From Octopus bimaculoides (taxonomy: Eukaryota): a DNA stretch of 64,000 nucleotides. The position numbers were made by a program, and so were the translations under genes. Positions 59,186 through 64,000 of this stretch are shown here, in pieces. Each line of letters begins with the position of its first letter. Position 1 is the first letter of the stretch. The stretch is taken from the NCBI RefSeq assembly GCF_001194135.2, contig NC_068981.1:105320761-105384760 (forward strand). Reading direction: 5' to 3'. The notes below the pieces were generated by a model. The model saw nothing but the letters and a program-made list of their open reading frames with translations. It did not search any database and was not told where the DNA came from.

Positions 59186-61014
59186 TGTTTACTTGCTGTA
59201 ACCCAGTAAGAGGGTTCTTGGCATCTAAGGCTAATTGTTGTAGACCAATGTTAAGATTCTTTTCTTTTCCAAAAGTCTAATCTGTTAAGTGTGTATGAAA
59301 AAATAATAAGAAGAAGAAGGCATGAACAGTCAGTAGGGCTCAAAATTTTATTCATAAAGAAATAAAATAGAAAAAATTTGAAGCATTTTTTTTTTTTAGT
59401 CAAAGAAGGAAATTATCAAGAATCCTGAATAAGCCGAAACAAAAATATTTCAAAACAAATACTTGCCAGTAAGATTGATCCAAATCAAGGTGCTTGCAAC
59501 ACTCTCTCACACCCTAGAACAGAAAAGACTCAAGAAACACCATCATCAGAGGAAAACAACAGCAGCAATCAAGTTTGTAAAAGGAGAAAAGCCATTGAGG
59601 ACAGCTAAAAAGGACAAATAACTTACTTCATGGGTCCCAATTATGAGATATGAAAGTAGTCCTGGGGAAAGACTGCAGTTTCCCCAGGTCATCCATACAA
59701 CCCTGAAGCCAGATATAGCTCCATGGTCTGAAAAGGCAAGGAAATCTTGATTGGGTTTACAGTCCAGTAGGAAGAAGGGTGTGATAAGGCCTATGAACTG
59801 AAACGTGCCAGGTACGAGAGCCTTCTGCAGAATCACAGAGAGAAAGGATGGTAGTCATGACTTTTCCCAGTCAAGGTTGGCTGTAGGAGATACCATGAAC
59901 TTTCTTTTTTCCACAAGAGTTCCAGACCCCAGTTATGAACTCATTTACATACAGCCAATCAGAGTTCAACTATCAAACTAATTCATGAGCACATAACAAG
60001 TGATGGGTGATAAGGTCATTTGGTTAAGGAATGACCATGCTTCTTTTCTCTTTTAATAATGCTTGTTGTCCTTGTTCTAATTTCAACCATGGCTGCCTCT
60101 GCATAGTTACTTGTGTTGTTGTTTACTATCTAAAACAGTAAGGGGAGAGGGTTGGTAGCACATCAACCTCTACCCACATTTTTCCCATTCACATCTTTAC
60201 CATATGGAGCCCTAACAAAATCCGATAATACATATAGATGTAAATCTAATTACTTGTCTCCTAAAATCAGGCACAACTTGGCAATCAGTCGACTCACAAC
60301 ACTATTCTTTGTATTGAGTTTACTGGGTCAAGGTGAGCTCTGATTGGCTGTATGCAAATGAGTTCATTACTGGTGTCTGGAACTCTCATGGGAAAAATTT
60401 TCGCTTCCCGGCCCAGTCAGTACGGAGGATGCTTACAGCTATTGGAATGAAAGGAAGAGAGCGAAGGGTGGCTGTGTGCAGTATGGGAGAGGCAGCAGAA
60501 AGAGCCGTTTGCTGGTTATGGTGCAGGGGAGAGAAGTTGAGCTGGAAGCCATATCACCCACCAACGGGAGGGTGATATGGTTCAGGATCGAAATACCTGA
60601 TGATCGTTGTATACCGTCTGATGACATCAGTTCCTCCTGGCCAAAGCTCCGTTCACTTTGATGAGTGAAAGAGAAGTACCTTCTTCTAGGTTTTATCAAT
60701 AACAACATAAAATCTCGTAAAATTTAATAACAATCAGGGTTTGAGGTTGAGTTAGGTTTTAGAACCTAGGATTAAGTTTAAGGTTTTAGATTTCGGGTTC
60801 AAAGTAGTGTTTAGGCTAAGTACAGATTACCCAGAATGTGTACTCAGTAATGAAACTACTAATATTATGCTTCACTTACTGAAAATTCGAAAATTAAAAA
60901 CGACAGTAAAATATATTTATATAATTATGTTTTCGTAAGATCGCTGGCAATCTTTCATTTCGTTTTTAGTACAATTTACGTCACTTATAAAGCACGTGCT
61001 TTTGTTTATGTGTC

Positions 61015-61676
61015 TGAAAAAGATCGTCGCTTTCCGTAAAATTAAAAAATTTTTTTTTACTTATGTAGGGGAGCAGGGGACTTATCTTTTGAAGTCAGCG
61101 TAAAGCGAAAGAGACAGAGAGAGCAACTGATATCTGTGTTGATGGGGTGTGCGAGACAGAAAGTGTGGTGATGTGTAAAGACACAGAGAGGCAACATACA
61201 TGCAAACAACAAGCAAAAACAAAAAACATACCTTCTCTCTCTCACACATGAACATGTATGCAATAGGTGTACGTACGTATGTGTGTGTCACTGAAGCTAG
61301 CCATACACACATTCATACATACATAACCTCTCTCTCTTTTTCTCTGTCAATCACTCACACATTATCTCACTACAAAAAGTAAATAATTAAAAATTCAGTT
61401 ATCTCTCTCTCTCAGATACACCTGCACATACACACAGTTTCTGTCTGGCAAACCCCATCAACACACATACATCCATTGCTTCTCTGTGTCGCTTCACACA
61501 CACTAACAAAACAACTTCCCATGCACACCACACTTTCTGTCGCGCACACCCCCATCAACGCACACACATATTGCTGTGTCTCCTTTGCTTTACGCCGGCT
61601 TCAAAATATAAGTCAGCTGTTTCCTCACATAATTAAAGATATAAGAACCTTTTACAGAAAGCGACGATCTTTTTCA
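61015..61676. mobile_element. Long-TIR MITE (~170-bp arms)
   Basis: tgaaaaagatcgtcgctttccgtaaa...gatggggtgtgcgagacagaaagtgtggtg is inverted at 61505-61676. Confidence 0.8.
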
Positions 61677-61701
61677 TAATTTTTCTAAAACATTAATGCC
61701 G

Positions 61702-61773
61702 TTCCCATGCCGGGAATCGAACCCGGGCCGCCTGGGTGAAAGCCAGGAATCCTAACCACTAGACCACATGGGA
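61702..61773 (-). tRNA. tRNA-Glu (anticodon TTC)
   Basis: TCCCATGTGGTCTAGTGGTTAGGATTCCTGGCTTTCACCCAGGCGGCCCGGGTTCGATTCCCGGCATGGGAA: full cloverleaf, A/B boxes, and a T4 terminator at 61687-61690. Confidence 0.97.
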
Positions 61774-61959
61774 TGACGTTTAAAATAGTCAATATTATAA
61801 TTTAAATACTAATATTGAGCAGCTTCAAAATTTAGTTTCTTTTTAGTTATTTTTTCAGTGGTTATACGTTGTGTACTATAATTCTAAACTAATAATGATT
61901 ATAATTGCAATACAATTTACGACGTTTATTGTGACAAGCTCATAATTCTTATACAACCA

Positions 61960-62480
61960 CATGAGACTATGAGGAAAAATAGATCAATATAAAGATCTTC
62001 ACCGGAGAACAACAGAAAAATAATAATAATAATCAGCCTGCTGGGTGTTAACAAGTATGTAGAGAACGAATATGAAAAAAAAAGATCCGATTTTTCCCTC
62101 ATAACTTTCGATAAAATGGATATATATTGATTTTTTTGGTCAATATAAAGATCCTCACCCGGGAACAAAAAAGAAAAAATAATAAGCCAGTCTGTTGGGT
62201 GTTAACATGTATGTAGAAAACGAATATGAAAAAAAATGCGCACTGACGACCCTGGGGGTGGAGAGGGGACTTTCGGAAAATCCACAAGATCCGATTTTTC
62301 CGACATAATTTCAGGCAAAATGGATATATATTGATCTTTTTTATGGAATCCTACGTTTTTGGTTATGAAGGATCCGATTCTGAAAAAAAAAAAATTTTCA
62401 AAAAATCGCATTTTCAAAATTTCGATTTACCCTCCCCACACATACACACACACACAACCTCACTTTTATATATAGAGAGA
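61960..62480 (-). mobile_element. Probable non-autonomous Helitron/Helentron-like element with a ~165-bp internal tandem duplication
   Basis: Duplicated unit tcaatataaagatc.tcacc...gggtgttaaca.gtatgtag...gatccgatttttcc. The end reads atctctctatatataaaag on the minus strand. Confidence 0.45.
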
Positions 62481-62509
62481 TTGCCACTAGCTCTCGGAGA
62501 GCATAGAAC

Positions 62510-62640
62510 GTTACGATATTGGTTATTCTACGAAGGATATCCCAACACCATCCAATGAGTTCTATACAAAAATGCTGCTAGAGAAAATGATAGACCTCAT
62601 ACGGCGAATGAGTTGGAAGGCATTTTTCTACGATCAAGGA
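62510..62640 (+). mobile_element. Penelope-like ORF N-terminal fragment
   Basis: KMLLEKMIDLIRRMSWKAFFY resembles the LIEK..LIRRMRWKAFF motif of marine-invertebrate PLEs. Confidence 0.5.
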
Positions 62641-62679
62641 ACGCAACCATCCGAGGCCAAAAGAATAAAAGAATATATA

Positions 62680-63568
62680 CGAGTTCTGATCAATAAGTAT
62701 CCGGGTTGTTGCCATAGTAACGAAGCTAAAACATGCAGAGTAAAGCCACTTGACAAAAGATTGACCTTGAACTCTGCTGTACATGTGCAATAAGTTTTAA
62801 CATTCTGTCTCATTGCCGCTGTTTACAGCAGTGCTTGGAAGGAAGATTTGTAGCGTGTGATCGTCACACTAACCATGACAGAGAAAGTTGTTATGGTGAT
62901 ATCTGCTCAGAGGCCTATGTAAAGTTGCAGAAAGTGTATGGAGAGAAGTGTATGAGTTGCACATAAGTGTACAAGTGGTTGAGACGTTTGCAAGATGGCC
63001 GAAAAATTTTGATATTGACGAACGTTCTGGGAAGCCCACAACCAGCAGAACTGAGAAAAACATCGAAGATGTGCATGCAGCTGTGAATGGAAATCGTTGA
63101 ATCACCATTTGTAAGTTATCAGAGGATGTGCAGATTCGTTATGGTTCAGTTCAGTCCATTATCAGTGAAGATTTGTGTATGAGACGCGTGTCCGCCAAGT
63201 TTGTGTCAAAACTGCTTTCTGCTGACCAAAAAGACACCCAGGTTTCAGTTGTACAAGATCACCTTGATTGCGTTGATAATGATGGAAACCTTTTGAAAAC
63301 TTTGCATGGGTTTTTGAGCAGGTACCACCAAGCTTTGAGCAAAATATGATGCAGATTCTCTGTTCAACTTTCTCTGTCATGGTCAATGCGATGATCACAC
63401 ACTACACACTTTCCTTCCAAGCACTGCTGTAAACAGCAGAAGTGAGCTAGAACGTTAAAACTTAGGGTGCGTGCATGGCAGGGCTCAAGGTCAATCTGTG
63501 CCAAGTGGCTTCACTTTGCCTGTCTTGTTATTATGGTAACCATCTGGATACTTATTGATCAGACCACG
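62680..63568. mobile_element. Mariner-derived foldback composed of two 5' ends
   Basis: TA-flanked TIRs cgagttctgatcaataagtatccgg / tctggatacttattgatcagaccacg. The forward transposase N-terminus (MTEKV...ERSGKP..., MRRVSAKFV) meets an inverted copy of the 5' end (MTEKVEQRICI). Confidence 0.85.
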
Positions 63569-64000
63569 TATATATATGTGTGTGTGTGTAGCATTTCAGG
63601 AAAGTTATTTTTGTTGTCGCATCATAGCACAGTCGTGCTATGGCATTCTCCAACCAATCAGTTCTCTGCCCATGAAGTGAAGTGGGAGTTTTAATCAGTT
63701 AGGAGACAGACTGCGAACCACCAACATCACTTCTTCCTCATGGAACAGCTTCTTTGTTTTTGTCTCCAACTTCGCGCAGCTAACTCTGAATTATATCAGC
63801 TCTTGATTTGTCACATCATGAACAGCCTATTTCATTTATGCTAACTTTGCTTCGCGAAAGTCTGGATGACATCAGCCACAACTCTGCCTCATAATGAACA
63901 GTATATTTTCATTTAAGCTAGCTCCTTTCCTTTTGGCTTATAATGACTTCCAACCAAATCTGTTTTTCAAACGTAAGTTATAATGCTTTTCCTGACACAT

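Noticed and set aside
60590-60675. Two CTGATGA motifs near GAAA as a hammerhead ribozyme
   Set aside because: No complementary stem II closes CUGAUGA to GAAA in any topology I could draw.

Overview
AT-rich, microsatellite- and TE-dense metazoan genomic DNA, most likely a coleoid cephalopod (Octopus-like SINE, RTE, Penelope, mariner and piggyBac repertoire; this is an inference). It has two assembly gaps. Three genes reconstruct cleanly. RPL27/eL27 (- strand) has 4 coding exons plus a 5'TOP non-coding exon and encodes 136 aa. DHX29 (+ strand) is full-length and intronless (1364 aa) and lies head-to-head with RPL27, about 370 bp from its TSS. PNPO (- strand) has 5 secure exons plus a candidate long exon 1. 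There is one tRNA-Glu(TTC). An unrecognised multi-exon + strand gene candidate with a tandemly duplicated TM-encoding terminal exon lies at 4.6-12.5 kb. The most notable observation is a duplicated pair of H/ACA snoRNA-like elements in one RPL27 intron; the conserved first-hairpin pocket has a 6+6 nt match around a conserved 18S rRNA uridine (AAAAAU-U-A-GAGUG). Also notable are degenerate Penelope-type hammerhead ribozymes, several long foldback elements in PNPO introns, and a GC-rich pre-miRNA-sized hairpin.
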